DNA of 32,000 nucleotides, from NCBI GenBank assembly GCA_004762125.1, contig SIHQ01000019.1:49201-81200 (forward strand). Direction: 5' to 3'. Positions 1-7,490 of this stretch are shown here, piece by piece. The notes under the pieces are model-generated. The model was not told the DNA's origin. It saw nothing but the letters and a program-made list of their open reading frames with translations, and did not search any database. The number at the start of each line of letters is the position of its first letter. The first letter of the stretch is position 1. The DNA comes from Oceanospirillales bacterium (GTDB lineage Bacteria; Pseudomonadota; Gammaproteobacteria; Pseudomonadales; Endozoicomonadaceae). A program made the translations under genes and the position numbers.

Positions 1-557
1 TCTGCATCTCTGACAATCGAAAAAGTGTGATAGGCAAAACGACGAGTAAAATTAAGATTTTTTACAACTCCAACAACCAATAAACTGTTTGGAACAGTCA
101 GAGTTCTTCCTGTAAAACCATAGTTGCCATGAGCGATATCGACTTCGTACAATTCGGTTGACAGCATGTGAATGGCTAGAACTTCACCATAATTGGGGCC
201 AATTTGAACCCAATCTCCAACTGCATAAGGTTTTGTGGAAACATGATACAAAGAACCTGTTAAACATTGAATAAACTCTCTTGTTGCCAAAACAAAGGCT
301 GCGACAAAAGCAGCGACCGACAAAGCAAAATGTCTCAGCTCCGGCAACCAAATAGCGATAAGAAGCACCGCTATCAGCAAGTGGCTGCTATTTCTAAGAG
401 AATTAATTAGATTCCTTCTGGTTTCGCTGTTTATTTTTGTAGATTTCCGTAATAATTTTTGCCAAATCATACGAACAAATAGTATCCCGGCAGTCACAGT
501 AACTGCGGCAAAAAGCTGATTATTCTGAATCAACTTGTCGAGCTCAAACAAACTCAT
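1..557 (-). CDS. MscS-family mechanosensitive channel, N-terminal ~185 codons (3' end lies beyond the window start)
   Basis: Absent from the ORF track because the window edge truncates it. My reverse-strand translation from ATG (557-555) stays open to position 1. It reads MSLFELDKLIQNNQLFAAVTVTAGILFV...LLIAVLLIAIWL...ALSVAAFVAAFVLATREFIQ...AVGDWVQIGPNYGEVLAIHMLSTELYEVD...GRTLTVPNSLLVVGVVKNLNFTRR. TM helices followed by GD.V.I.G..G.V....T.....v.vPN..l....v.N is the MscS pattern. Confidence 0.7.
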   Translation of the reverse strand, partial: MSLFELDKLIQNNQLFAAVTVTAGILFVRMIWQKLLRKSTKINSETRRNLINSLRNSSHLLIAVLLIAIWLPELRHFALSVAAFVAAFVLATREFIQCLTGSLYHVSTKPYAVGDWVQIGPNYGEVLAIHMLSTELYEVDIAHGNYGFTGRTLTVPNSLLVVGVVKNLNFTRRFAYHTFSIVRDA

Positions 558-771
558 GAATCTATCAATCCCAGTAACCAAATCAAAAAAAGAACAGAAA
601 ACACCTGAAAAAAACGCGACGTATGCTATCTAACAAAATAGTCGCACTTAATACCACGCCTACAAGTCTCTGGGTAGTAATATTTAAAGATGATAAGACA
701 AAAATTGGGATATATTGTTCAAATACCGATTTTACCGCTCCGACAGAAGCTCAATCCAATAGGAACTATTC

Positions 772-1269
772 ATGAAAAAATACTTCGAAAAATTTGCCAA
801 AGCTTTGCTGGGTCAATCTTATAGTGATTTGAACTCAAACGAACAAAAAGTGATTAATAGCATTGCTGAAGGCAAAGCTGTCAGCGAAAACATTAACGAC
901 TCTTATGCAGACACACTCACTACCGGCCAACGTATCGCTGACGCAGTGGCACGATTTGGTGGATCATGGACGTTTATTTGTCTTTTTTTTGCATTTATAG
1001 CGTTGTGGATAATTATAAACATTTACTGGCTGGGTCAAGAAAAAAGCTTTGACCCCTACCCTTTTATTCTACTCAATCTTGGTCTGTCTTCTTTAGCTGC
1101 ATTTCAGGCACCGATCATTATGATGTCTCAAAACCGCCAATCCACCAAAGATCGCATCAAGCAGGACGCTACTTACGAAATCAATCTCAAGCTAGAGCTT
1201 GAATTTATTGCTCTTCATAAAAAATTTGATAATCTGGAAAGTAAACTAGAGTTATCTCGCAATCAATAA
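772..1269 (+). CDS. DUF1003-family membrane protein
   Basis: 165-aa ORF with two central TM helices (WTFICLFFAFIALWIIINIYW; PFILLNLGLSSLAAFQAPIIMMSQNR) and a charged helical tail (KDRIKQDATYEINLKLELE). This is the DUF1003 architecture as I remember it. Confidence 0.8.
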   Translation: MKKYFEKFAKALLGQSYSDLNSNEQKVINSIAEGKAVSENINDSYADTLTTGQRIADAVARFGGSWTFICLFFAFIALWIIINIYWLGQEKSFDPYPFILLNLGLSSLAAFQAPIIMMSQNRQSTKDRIKQDATYEINLKLELEFIALHKKFDNLESKLELSRNQ

Positions 1270-1319
1270 ACCTGAATTCGTATCATAAGTGCATAACTTC
1301 TGTAATCAACTGATCGCTA

Positions 1320-1960
1320 CATACCTTTGAAATGAATCAAGACTCAGGGGTATCCTGTAAAGCGACCAAACCATACAGAAGAGCCAAGGATGGTCTATAC
1401 ACAGCTGAGCCTTGAAGAGAGATATCATACCGAACTTAAAGTGACACTCCCTGCCTTATCAGGAGGCCTTTTTCTGACTTCACAGGCTGCAGCCGGTCTA
1501 TAACGATCGGACTTACACAGAAGCCTCCATCAGCAGTACCAAGGTGCCCCTTCGGTATTCTATTGGTCTTTTGTTTGGTTTGCCGCTGCTCTAACGGATC
1601 ACTCTGATGCTATGTAACGGCTATCAGGTTCTTCAGAGGCGGGTGGGCAGTAAGCTCTGCCTTAATTTTTCGCCCAGTGCCTGGTTTTCGTCACCGGGTG
1701 CCCTGCGGGGCGGACCTGACTATAGCTTATCAACTTTGTACCAATACTCAACAGGAATGCTCGCCGCATTCCCGTCTTATATCCCCGCCCGATTGGGCGA
1801 GGGTTTACGACGAATTCGCTAAGAACCATAAGGGAGCTATCGCCACATTGGATGAACGAAAAACCAAGCTCCGCCTTACTGTCCCTCTGCCTGGAAAGAA
1901 AGAAAAAGCGGTTAGACAGGCAATGATTGACGTTATCAAACTCAATTAAAACTCCCATCT
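1320..1960. other. ORF-poor, GC-enriched, hairpin-dense segment; eroded mobile-element relic and/or structured RNA (unresolved)
   Basis: The only track ORFs here (1607-1822+, 1677-1949+, 1662-1958-) overlap each other, lack SD sequences and translate to Pro/Arg/Cys/Ser-rich non-protein-like strings. Several clean local stems are present: GGAGGC 1462-1467 / GCCTCC 1523-1528; CCGGTC 1493-1498 / GATCGG 1505-1510; GGCAG 1646-1650 / CTGCC 1657-1661; GGAATGC 1754-1760 / GCATTCC 1766-1772; CGCCC 1786-1790 / GGGCG 1795-1799. Confidence 0.35.
1390..1503 (+). pseudogene. Possible N-terminal relic of an IS30-family transposase (37 codons, then a stop)
   Basis: My translation from ATG 1390 gives MVYTQLSLEERYHTELKVTLPALSGGLFLTSQAAAGL*. 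The opening M.YTQL(T/S).EERY.I/T..L matches the start of the IS30-family N-terminal HTH as I recall it. No DDE-domain motifs are recognisable downstream in any frame. Confidence 0.3.
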
Positions 1961-2034
1961 ATAAGTTCTAATCTATACTCGTTTGCACAGATTTTTTTCT
2001 GTTCTATCCTGATTCATTCAAAGAATATGATTAA

Positions 2035-3144
2035 ATGAATATTAAAAAAGCAATCACTACATTGATAAGTGTTCGAACAAGCTCTCTTTACTACCTGTGC
2101 CCATCCATACTGACCTGCGTAGTATCATTATCAATCCATGCCGAGCCAATACATGGCGATACTTCACTCTTATTACCTTTAGGTAGCTATCTTCAAAGCT
2201 TTCCAGCATACAGGATTAGTTCTCAGTATGAGCATTCACTCATGCAGGTGTATTACAACGGCAATACAAATTTTCCTCTCCATTGCTGGAAAAATGGTCA
2301 CGATGTAAGAAAGGAAGGCCCTCATTTGGGCTGCGATACTTCTGTGAAACGAAGCGTTGTGAATGCAGCTAATTTTTTATACTCCACTTTGTTGCCTACA
2401 GGTAGTTACCTCGAAAGTTGCTCTGGTGTTTTCAGAACTATAGAAATCATTGATGGTAGAGAGAGATCATTTCTTTATGCCTCTTGTGAGAAATCTTCTG
2501 GAACTCAAGAAGGCTTTGTGCTCAATACGTCCATCGCAACAAGTAGACTTGATATCACAGATTGCTCCCCAGGCAAGATTACAAATTCTGATGGTTATTT
2601 ACAGTGTATGGAGCAACGCAGTACTCCTCGCTCTATCGTGACAGGCAGCTATTTAAAATATTGTTTCGCTGCAAACAGTCGATTCGATTCTAGCAAAGAC
2701 ACACTCACGGCTGAATGCGGTGGCATGAAGCAATACCACACATTAGAAGGCCTTTCCAATTGCCTCTCATCAGGAGGAGATGTCGTTTTCGACAATACCG
2801 GTCTTGCTTGTGATATCGAAACGTCCAAAACGTCTGAAATTCACACAGCCAGCGATTACATTCCACCCGGCAATTATTCATTGTCGTGTACAGATATGGC
2901 TTATTATCCATGCGCAGGTAAAAACCGTAAGGGCTTACTGACAGCAAAATGTTTCACAAATAACAGTGACCCTACCGATTTAATTAATAGCACATTTCTG
3001 GAAAATGCAGATCAGGCATGTAGTGCTGCAAGCTACGTCAGTAATGTAAACGGCACTCTACAGTGCGATCCAGACACACCCTCCGTTAATGACCCAGCTC
3101 GGAAAAGCATGTTCGATCGTTTGAGCTGCTCTGAAAGTAATTAA
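2035..3144 (+). CDS. Secreted cysteine-rich protein with four ~75-aa repeats; repeats are CVNH (cyanovirin-N homology)-like
   Basis: 369-aa ORF with an N-terminal signal-like hydrophobic stretch ending SLSIHA/EP. Four repeats each open with (L/I)P.GSY(L)..C and close with N.(D/N)G.L.C. Examples are GSYLESC...FLYASCEKSSG...SRLDITDC..GKITNSDGYLQC and GNYSLSC...LLTAKC...QACSAASYVSNVNGTLQC. Confidence 0.75.
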   Translation: MNIKKAITTLISVRTSSLYYLCPSILTCVVSLSIHAEPIHGDTSLLLPLGSYLQSFPAYRISSQYEHSLMQVYYNGNTNFPLHCWKNGHDVRKEGPHLGCDTSVKRSVVNAANFLYSTLLPTGSYLESCSGVFRTIEIIDGRERSFLYASCEKSSGTQEGFVLNTSIATSRLDITDCSPGKITNSDGYLQCMEQRSTPRSIVTGSYLKYCFAANSRFDSSKDTLTAECGGMKQYHTLEGLSNCLSSGGDVVFDNTGLACDIETSKTSEIHTASDYIPPGNYSLSCTDMAYYPCAGKNRKGLLTAKCFTNNSDPTDLINSTFLENADQACSAASYVSNVNGTLQCDPDTPSVNDPARKSMFDRLSCSESN

Positions 3145-3256
3145 CAACCAACTCATGAAAACAGATTCTCTTCTTGAAAATTCACCAAGGCATCTAATGA
3201 CTATACCCAAAGGCGTCTGAAGCAGAACTGTATAGAAACAACCATTACGTTTTAAC

Positions 3257-3314
3257 AATAAGGAGAACAATAAGGAGAACAATAAGGAGAACAGTAAGGA
3301 GAACAGTAAAGAAC
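3257..3314. repeat. 12-bp head-to-tail tandem repeat: AATAAGGAGAAC x3, AGTAAGGAGAAC x1, truncated AGTAAAGAAC
   Basis: Read directly at 3257-3268, 3269-3280, 3281-3292 (identical), 3293-3304 (1 mismatch) and 3305-3314 (degenerate). Each unit carries a perfect TAAGGAG Shine-Dalgarno core. Confidence 0.95.
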
Positions 3315-3325
3315 TTAAGGGCTTT

Positions 3326-3364
3326 AGAGCGTTAACCTCTGATATTAACAGAGGTTAACGCTCT
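3326..3364. terminator. Perfect 16-bp stem hairpin between convergent genes (putative bidirectional terminator)
   Basis: AGAGCGTTAACCTCTG (3326-3341) and CAGAGGTTAACGCTCT (3349-3364) flank a 7-nt loop. The hairpin lies between the stop at 3144 (+) and the stop at 3406 (-). There is no clear U-tract on either side, so terminator function is inferred from position only. Confidence 0.55.
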
Positions 3365-3405
3365 ACTCTCATCAAAAACTATCTCTGAAGTCTCGTAAAA
3401 AACGA

Positions 3406-4095
3406 CTACATTACAGGTCGTTGATGTGCGTTATATCGGCGTTCAAACCAGCTAAACAACAACATAATCAGCATACTGATGGCCAGATAAAAGACACCGG
3501 CAGCAAAAAATATTTCTACAGGCGTATAGGTTCTAGCGATAATCGTGCGAGCCATACCCGTCAGATCCAGCAAAGTAATCGTACTGGCCAATGCACTGCC
3601 TTTCAGCATGAGAATCACTTCGTTACCGTATGCAGGAATCATCATACCAAAAGCTCTTGGCAACAAGACCTTCCGATACATCGTGAGTCGACTCATGCCC
3701 AGAGTTAAACAAGCTTCAACTTCGCCCTTTGGAATATTCTGTAAAGCGCCTCTCAGTATTTCTGCGATATAGGCAGCTGTATGCAAAGAGAAAGTAATGA
3801 TGGCACACCACCAGGGTTGTCGTAGCCAGGGCCATAAAGCACTGTCTCTTACAAATTCAAACTGGGCCAAGCCGTAGTACACCAAAAAAATCTGCACCAG
3901 AAGCGGCGTTCCTCGAAAAAAGAAAATATAAGCATAAGGAATAGATCGAACCCAATACGACTCGGAGATTCTGCCAAAAGCCAATGGTACGGCTAGCAAT
4001 GCGCCGATGGTTCCAGACAACAAGATCAGCTTGAACGTTAACCAGGCCCCATCCAACAGTCTTGGGGCATACTCAATAATAATGTCCCAATCCAT
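3406..4095 (-). CDS. Polar/basic amino-acid ABC transporter permease (HisM/ArtM-like)
   Basis: 229-aa multi-TM ORF with the EAA-type loop of the His/Glu/Gln/Arg/opine permease family (AAYIAEILRGALQNIPKGEVEA...LGMSR). Its start overlaps the upstream stop (TAATG at 4093-4097). Confidence 0.9.
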   Translation of the reverse strand: MDWDIIIEYAPRLLDGAWLTFKLILLSGTIGALLAVPLAFGRISESYWVRSIPYAYIFFFRGTPLLVQIFLVYYGLAQFEFVRDSALWPWLRQPWWCAIITFSLHTAAYIAEILRGALQNIPKGEVEACLTLGMSRLTMYRKVLLPRAFGMMIPAYGNEVILMLKGSALASTITLLDLTGMARTIIARTYTPVEIFFAAGVFYLAISMLIMLLFSWFERRYNAHQRPVM

Positions 4096-4781
4096 TACGC
4101 CACCTCCAGGCCACGATTACTTTTTCGTTCCATTGAATGAATTGCCACCATGGAAATAACGGTAAGCCCGAGATATATAAAAGCAGCTGCAAGATAAAAA
4201 GTGAAAGGTTCACGGGTAAAACCAACGGCGGCTGTTGTCTTACGCATCAAGTCTTCAAGACCAATCACGGATACTAATGCTGTGTCTTTTAATAGAATCA
4301 GAAATAAATTACCCAATCCGGGCAGTGCATAACGCCAAACCTGAGGAAGAATAACTTTATGAAGAGTTCTGGAAGACGTCATACCCAAGGATTGAGCTGA
4401 CTCTCGCTGGCCTTCAGGAATCGCCTGAAATGCACCACGAAATACTTCAGTAGCATAGCCGCCAAAAGTTAAGCTCAGAGCTATAACACCGGCCGTAAAA
4501 GGATTAATTTCAATGTATTCATCGTAACCAAACTGTGAGGCTACTCCCATCAAGACGACACTGGCACCAAAGTAAATCATCAAAACAACCAGTAATTCAG
4601 GAATCCCTCTGATCACCGTTGTATAGAAGCCTCCTATCAGCCGTAAAGGAAGTAATGAAGACAATCTGGCGCCAGCACCCAATAACCCCAAAATCGTTCC
4701 GAAAAACAGGGATGTCACGGCCAGCTGTACCGTCATCCATGTGCCTGCCAATAACTGATCAGCAAAATCGGCTAAAACCAT
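4095..4781 (-). CDS. Polar/basic amino-acid ABC transporter permease (HisQ/ArtQ-like)
   Basis: 228-aa multi-TM ORF containing GGYATEVFRGAFQAIPEGQRESAQSLGM. AAGGAAG SD sits upstream of ATG 4781. Confidence 0.9.
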   Translation of the reverse strand: MVLADFADQLLAGTWMTVQLAVTSLFFGTILGLLGAGARLSSLLPLRLIGGFYTTVIRGIPELLVVLMIYFGASVVLMGVASQFGYDEYIEINPFTAGVIALSLTFGGYATEVFRGAFQAIPEGQRESAQSLGMTSSRTLHKVILPQVWRYALPGLGNLFLILLKDTALVSVIGLEDLMRKTTAAVGFTREPFTFYLAAAFIYLGLTVISMVAIHSMERKSNRGLEVA

Positions 4782-4864
4782 TACTGCACTTCCTTTTCAG
4801 CTCAGTGTGTAAACAGACGTATCGAATGCTTAATCACTTACTGCAGAAACAAACCATGAGTGGA

Positions 4865-4903
4865 AGATTTAACCGTTTAATAGCGATAAAAACGGTTAAA
4901 TCT
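4865..4903 (-). promoter_or_regulatory. Intercistronic 14-bp stem hairpin downstream of the binding-protein gene
   Basis: AGATTTAACCGTTT (4865-4878) pairs with AAACGGTTAAATCT (4890-4903) around an 11-nt loop. It sits in the 160-nt gap between the SBP stop (4942) and the permease start (4781). This is a typical position for an mRNA-stabilising or attenuating hairpin in ABC operons. Confidence 0.5.
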
Positions 4904-4941
4904 ATACTTTAAAAACACCACAGACAAAGTCAGTATCAAGC

Positions 4942-5697
4942 TCAATAAATTGAGAAAGGAAAGTATTTAGCATTAATGTCAGCGTAAGTACCATCAGCAA
5001 TAATGGCTGCCAGTGCGGCATTAAGCTTTTGCTTTACCGGATCATTCTTACGTACAGCAATTCCGATAATATCGTTCTTGGCAAAGGAATCTCCCTTGAA
5101 TTCAAAAGAGGCTCCGTCTTTTCCCTTCAGCCAATCATAAGTAGGTAGTTCATCTGACAGGGCAACGTCGAGACGTCCTGACACGAGGTCAAGGTAAACG
5201 GCTTCCTGAGTGTCATACAATTTTACTTGTGCGATATCTGAATAATTATTTTCAAGATGCAGGCCAGCGATAGTAGCTCTTTGAGCGCCAATCACTTTAC
5301 CTTTCAGGCTTTGTTTGCTGATATCCAGTTTATTGCTTTTAGATCCCATAAAACGCAGGCCACCGGAATAATATTTGTCGGTAAAATCAACCTTCTTCAA
5401 GCGATCTTCAGTAATAGACATGCTGGATATGATGGCATCAAATTTTCTTACCATCAGCGCCGGTATCATCCCATCCCAGTCCTGCTTTACCAGCTCACAA
5501 GGAGAGTCCATTTTTTCGCAAAGAGCGTTAGCAATATCAACATCAAACCCTTTCAAATTACCGGATTGATCGATGAAGTTGAATGGTGCCCAGGCCCCTT
5601 CCGTTGCTATTTTTATCTTGTCTGCCGCATTAGACGACACCGCAATAATGGCTGTAGAAACCAACAGTGCTGTTCGTAAAAATGATTTGATTTTCAT
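4942..5697 (-). CDS. Periplasmic basic-amino-acid/opine-type substrate-binding protein (LAO/HisJ family)
   Basis: Colinear with HisJ/ArgT, including GFDVDIANALCEKMDSPCELVKQDWDGMIPAL, DAIISSMSITEDR and ADGTYADINAKYF. I chose ATG 5697 (MKIKSFLRTALLVSTAIIAVSSNA, signal peptide, AGAGG SD upstream). The track start at 5790 would overlap the ATPase gene. Confidence 0.9.
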   Translation of the reverse strand: MKIKSFLRTALLVSTAIIAVSSNAADKIKIATEGAWAPFNFIDQSGNLKGFDVDIANALCEKMDSPCELVKQDWDGMIPALMVRKFDAIISSMSITEDRLKKVDFTDKYYSGGLRFMGSKSNKLDISKQSLKGKVIGAQRATIAGLHLENNYSDIAQVKLYDTQEAVYLDLVSGRLDVALSDELPTYDWLKGKDGASFEFKGDSFAKNDIIGIAVRKNDPVKQKLNAALAAIIADGTYADINAKYFPFSIY

Positions 5698-5759
5698 AGC
5701 GTTGCCTCTTTTTTTCATTATTATTTTCGAGATACACATTTTCTTACTGTTACAACGTT

Positions 5760-6530
5760 TTAAATCGCTTCTGCCAGAAACTCGCGACAACGAATAGACC
5801 GGGTCTCTTTAAAGACCTGTTCGGGGGTTCCCGCCTCTTCAATTCGACCTTCATGGAGAAAAATGATTCGATCAGATACTTCTCTCGCAAACTTCATCTC
5901 GTGAGTAACAATCAACATGGTTCGCCCTTCCTTTGCCAAAGTGCGAATCACTGCCAGTACTTCCGAGACCAGTTCCGGATCAAGAGCCGATGTCGGCTCA
6001 TCGAACAAAAGAATTTTTGGCTCCATAGCCAAAGTTCGAGCTATGGCGACACGCTGTTGCTGGCCACCGGATAATTGCCCGGGAAAAGAATGAGCCTTCT
6101 CAACCAGTCCCACTTTCTCCAACAGAGTCTCGGCTCGATCTCTGGCTACACGTTTTGGCAGTTTTAAAACGCTTACAGGTGCTTCCATAATGTTTTCCAA
6201 GACAGTCATATGAGGCCAAAGATTGAAGTTCTGAAAAACAAACCCCAATTTTTGGCGAACATCCATCAACTGCTTTGGATCAATGGCTTCCAATTGATTC
6301 AGTTTATTTTTTTTGAGCAGAAGTGAAACACCATTAATTTCCAGCTCACCACAGCTGGGTTGTTCAAGCAGATTAATACAGCGCAAAAGCGTGCTCTTAC
6401 CGGAACCACTAGAGCCTATCAGTGAGATAACTTCTCCATCTCTGGCTTCCAGCGACACTCCATTTAATACATCGAGTTTGCCAAACTGTTTGCACAGTCC
6501 GGTTATTTTTAAAGCGACAGGCGCATTCAA
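5760..6530 (-). CDS. Polar amino-acid ABC transporter ATP-binding protein (HisP/OccP-like)
   Basis: Carries Walker [10 protein letters not shown], signature [13 protein letters not shown], Walker [13 protein letters not shown] and H-loop VTHEM. GGAG SD lies upstream of ATG 6530. Confidence 0.92.
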   Translation of the reverse strand: MNAPVALKITGLCKQFGKLDVLNGVSLEARDGEVISLIGSSGSGKSTLLRCINLLEQPSCGELEINGVSLLLKKNKLNQLEAIDPKQLMDVRQKLGFVFQNFNLWPHMTVLENIMEAPVSVLKLPKRVARDRAETLLEKVGLVEKAHSFPGQLSGGQQQRVAIARTLAMEPKILLFDEPTSALDPELVSEVLAVIRTLAKEGRTMLIVTHEMKFAREVSDRIIFLHEGRIEEAGTPEQVFKETRSIRCREFLAEAI

Positions 6531-6628
6531 GATTTACTCCACTTTTTTTATATTTATTTTATTTTGGAGGTTGATCAAAATCCATCAAAGTACGGTGTTA
6601 GTTTGTCACACTGAAACCCTAACGTATG

Positions 6629-7420
6629 TCAGGATGAACCAGCAAGTCCTCCCCCGTCAACTACCAGTGATGTTCCCGTAATAAACGAAGCCTGATCAGA
6701 GGCTAAATAAAGCACTGCCTGCGCAATTTCTTCAGGCTGTCCAACTCTCATTAAAGGCCGCTCTATCGCTTCTTCTACCAGTGAATTTTCTGGTTTTCCC
6801 AATTGAATAGCTTCGTTACGCAACATGCCAGTATCTGTGTCACCAGGGCAAACGCAGTTCACTCTAATGTTTTGAGGTCCGTGGTCCACCGCCATAGCTT
6901 TAGTGAGCAGCACAACTGCACCTTTTGAGGCGCAATAAGAAACAGCATCTTTACCGCCCACCAGACCCCAGCCAGAGCCCGTATTCACGATGGCTCCTTT
7001 ACCTGCTTCAGCCATTACAGGTATAGCGTACTTACACATCAGGAACATGGATTTAACGTTAACCGCCATCACCCTGTCCCACTCATCTTCAGTGGTATCA
7101 ATAACATTAGTTCTACGGGTGATACCGGCATTATTGAAAAGAACATCCAGGCTGCCGCATTTTTCTATGGTGTTTTTGATCACGTTACTGCAATTTTCTG
7201 CATGGGTGATATCACAACACATGCCAAAGGCCGTATTGCCCTGTTGTTCGATAAGCGACAAGGTTTGAGAAAGAAGTTCCTGACTGATATCCACGCACAC
7301 TACTTTGGCACCTTCTGCCGCAAATGCCTGTGCCGTTGCCTTACCAATACCGCCACCAGCACCGGTTACAATCACGCCACAATCTACAAATCGTTTTATT
7401 GTCATTATTATTGCCTGCAT
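6629..7420 (-). CDS. Short-chain dehydrogenase/reductase (classical SDR)
   Basis: Carries TGAGGGIGKA cofactor motif, NNAG, and catalytic S...YCASK. The start may instead be ATG 7405 (MTIKRF...). Confidence 0.88.
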   Translation of the reverse strand: MQAIIMTIKRFVDCGVIVTGAGGGIGKATAQAFAAEGAKVVCVDISQELLSQTLSLIEQQGNTAFGMCCDITHAENCSNVIKNTIEKCGSLDVLFNNAGITRRTNVIDTTEDEWDRVMAVNVKSMFLMCKYAIPVMAEAGKGAIVNTGSGWGLVGGKDAVSYCASKGAVVLLTKAMAVDHGPQNIRVNCVCPGDTDTGMLRNEAIQLGKPENSLVEEAIERPLMRVGQPEEIAQAVLYLASDQASFITGTSLVVDGGGLAGSS

Positions 7421-7490
7421 TTGTACTTCAAAAAAACGGTTACGTCGATGAAGCTATTACGTCAATTAACTCATTACGCCAATTAACCTA

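Noticed and set aside
1690-1725. The minus-strand GTCAGGTCCG resembles the SRP (4.5S) RNA conserved stretch CAGGUCAGGUCCGGAAGGAAGCAGCC
   Set aside because: Only the 10-mer matches. The GGAAGCAGCC half of the conserved domain IV and the enclosing long helix are absent. I also looked for tmRNA tag-coding sequence, the RNase P GGAAAGUCCGG motif and group II intron 5' GUGCG/domain V motifs, and did not find them.
1607-1958. Three ORFs in the track (1607-1822+, 1677-1949+, 1662-1958-) as possible protein genes
   Set aside because: They overlap one another on both strands and have no SD sequence. Their translations are Pro/Arg/Cys/Ser-rich with no recognisable motif. They look like by-products of a GC-rich non-coding or decayed segment.
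3257-3314. Tandem repeats at 3257-3314 and 29374-29441 as CRISPR arrays
   Set aside because: The units are head-to-tail with no spacers and are too short (12 and 17 bp). No cas genes are present in the window.
5698-5790. A 31-codon N-terminal extension of the binding-protein ORF (track start 5790)
   Set aside because: It would overlap the ATPase gene (5760-6530) by 31 nt and place basic junk residues before a normal signal peptide. ATG 5697 with an AGAGG SD gives a canonical signal sequence.
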